A stretch of DNA of 63,754 nucleotides, filler included, from Ministeria vibrans ATCC 50519 (lineage: Eukaryota; Protista; Filasterea), in assembly GCA_943704425.1 (NCBI GenBank). It is 9 parts of 9 records of this genome, joined end to end, with 100 filler letters (N's around TTAATTAATTAA, not from the genome) between each part and the next. Parts side by side here need not be neighbours in the genome. Positions count along the whole stretch, not along the records: positions 60,216 to 62,205 come from CALSCP010002301.1; positions 62,306 to 63,754 come from CALSCP010000631.1; 7 more parts are not named here. One strand, written 5' to 3'. Made by a program: the position numbers and the translations under genes. Shown piece after piece: positions 61,639-63,754 of the stretch; position 1 is the stretch's first letter; each line of letters opens with the position of its first letter. The notes beneath the pieces were generated by a model. It worked only from the letters and a program-made list of their open reading frames with translations, ran no database searches and was not told the origin of the DNA.

Positions 61639-61955
61639 CATCAATCAGAAACACAAAAATTATGCCTTTATATTACAACATTGATAATAATTTACGTTTG
61701 TATCATAGTTCCATACTCTCATGGTACATTGAGCCACCATAATTCCCCAAAATATAGTAGAAGAAGAAGACATTTCCAATTTATTATCAATCACAAACGA
61801 AAAGCGACAACACAACCAGCTCAGAACCACTTTCTAAGCTACGGAAGCGTCGAGAGGAAACGGAGACAGGTTGGCTGTTGGCCAGACAAGTGACGCGATA
61901 GGCAATATAGTAATAGTTGTAGGTTATAATTATAGTACGTACACATTTCTTTTCT

Positions 61956-62093
61956 TCACTCCTCGCTTAGTCCAATGTGTTTCGTTGCTTCGCGCACAGA
62001 CAACTTTGAAAGAGTGTTGCGGTGCTGCACAACAAAGTCGCGTACCATTCGGGGATCTTTGCGTGCAAAGTCGCGCAAGGCCCAACCAATTGC
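61956..62093 (-). CDS. AlkD-like DNA alkylation repair glycosylase, last exon (absent from the ORF track)
   Basis: After a ctag acceptor it reads AIGWALRDFARKDPRMVRDFVVQHRNTLSKLSVREATKHIGLSEE*, matching the AlkD C-terminal KAIGWALR...LS.LS.REA.KH motif. Confidence 0.85.
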   Translation of the reverse strand, partial: AIGWALRDFARKDPRMVRDFVVQHRNTLSKLSVREATKHIGLSEE

Positions 62094-62120
62094 CTAGGAA
62101 AAGAAAAGAGAATGAATGTC

Positions 62121-62205
<85 letters not shown>

Positions 62206-63148
62206 NNNNNNNNNNNNNNNNNNNNNNNNNNNNNNNNNNNNNNNNNNNNTTAATTAATTAANNNNNNNNNNNNNNNNNNNNNNNNNNNNNNNNNNNNNNN
62301 NNNNNTTTTTTTATCTGTACTCTTGGACCTCTTAACTGGCCACATACCTCATGACTGTACCTTGCCAGCAGTCCCCTGTCCCCGCCTTCAAGTCATGTCT
62401 CTCCTAAACCAGTCCCGGACGAGTTTTTTCCCCTCTCTCTTGTTTCGACTGTCATCACTCTCTCTCTCCCTTCCATACCGCCTCTCCTCTCCTTTCTTTC
62501 TTTACGCCACTCCACCCTATATCTACCTCCATCGTCTTTTATGCGCTTCTCCGTCGCACCGGAGCTCAAACACCCTCCCAACCATCACGAAATCGTCCTG
62601 TGAACTCTTTGTTGTTCTCAACTGAATCTCATCTCTTTTTTCTCTCTGTCTCCATTCCGTCTTGCTCCGCTCTCCATCTTCAACTGCCAGGCGCTCTTCC
62701 GTGTGCTGGAGGTAAGTGTCAATCCACCCTCACCCACATACACACACTTACATTCTGCTCACAAACTGTCTTTCTTTTTTTTTCGTCTCTTTTGTGCACA
62801 CTCTTCTGATATTCTTTCAGACACTGCCATTATCAACACCCCCGATACCAATGTGTCGCTTGCTATCAATGCGACTGCCGGGAAAGTTCGAAGTACGACT
62901 AGGCGCAATCATTACTTCTTCCACAACTTACACACCCCACGTTTATAGTCATTTCTGGATCAACTCTTGTCATGAAGAGCGGCTCAAAAATCACTTTTTC
63001 GAACACCACTAGTGGGTGCCTCACTGGTAAGAGCCTTGTACTTGATCCTTCTTGTATTTTACGCACTCCCTAGTTCATTATTTTTCAAAGAACCAGAGCA
63101 ATGACAAGCGTTTTTTTGTTTTTTTTTTTTTGTTCATTTTTGTTTTAG

Positions 63149-63754
63149 CCGCTTCGTGTGGATCCCCTCCCGCGGACGTGAACAGCTCGCCGGCCAGTGT
63201 CGCAACCCAATACGCGGGCGACATTGTCACGTACACTTGCTCCTCGGATGCGAGTCAGCCAAACGTGGCGACGACGTTTACCTACACCCGCACTTGTCTA
63301 GTTGACGGCACCTTCACGGCCGCGCCCTTCAATTGCACCAACCCGTGTTCCGTTAAACCCTGTCCAGGATCTTGCACGGTTGACGGTGATCGTATTGCCA
63401 CCTGCGTGTGTGACCCAGGTTTCACCGGGGACTTGTGTGCATCCAACATTGATGAGTGCGCTTCGAGTCCCTGCCAGAACGTTGCTGCTTGCACTGATGC
63501 AATCGATGGCTACAGCTGCGACTGTACTGGCACGGGATTTGACGGCCCCGACTGCAGCAATCCCATCGATGAGTGTCTTTCGTCGCCCTGCCACAACGGC
63601 GGCATCTGCACCGACGGTACCGCCGGCTACACATGCGACTGCACAGAGACGGGCTTCTTTGGTGACTACTGCGAAACAGACGTTGACGAGTGCGCCTCCT
63701 CACCCTGCCAAAATTCGGGTGTGTGCTCCAACAATGCCAATGGCTTCTCCTGCA
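63149..63754 (+). CDS. Extracellular Sushi/CCP plus tandem calcium-binding EGF repeats (Notch/Crumbs-type EGF), partial
   Basis: CGSPP...GDIVTYTC...RTCLVDGTFT...C, then NIDECASSPCQN, IDECLSSPCHNGGIC...YTCDCTETGFFGDYCE and DVDECASSPCQNSG. The frame is open to the window end. Confidence 0.9.

Overview
This is eukaryotic, intron-rich DNA with short GT-AG introns, TTAGGG telomeres and a cilium-associated KIFAP3 gene, probably from a flagellated protist. It is made of about nine contigs joined by artificial N-TTAATTAATTAA-N spacers, so adjacency across spacers is meaningless. Contig 1 (1-17283) carries DDX47/RRP3, an intron-containing histone H3 variant, WDR55 and a PhnP-like MBL hydrolase, followed by a subtelomeric region that ends in (TTAGGG)n. 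The standout signal lies in that subtelomere. An LRR gene (ATG 12325) runs into what looks like an 80-bp satellite (12993-14688). Each unit is a near-identical 77-nt GTAAG...TTTTAG intron-like sequence followed by exactly 3 hypervariable nucleotides. Three more AG-NNN-GT triplets between unrelated introns precede the array. I read this as a protein segment encoded by at least 22 consecutive 3-nt microexons, a possible codon-level shuffling or alternative-splicing diversifier, although splicing is inferred and not shown. Other contigs hold a PH-domain protein, a CARNS1-like double ATP-grasp protein with an apparently dead C-terminal site, a CorA/ALR Mg transporter, a pseudokinase with possible MLKL-like architecture, an MscS channel, RIMOC1, a NEK1-like kinase, a GST, an alkyl-sulfatase, a membrane GTPase, a large Cys-rich protein, a UBR-box protein, NOP16, ADSL, KIFAP3, MIC19, PCNX4, AlkD and a Sushi/EGF protein. 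All gene models are manual reads. Family calls come from recalled motifs, and no searches were run.
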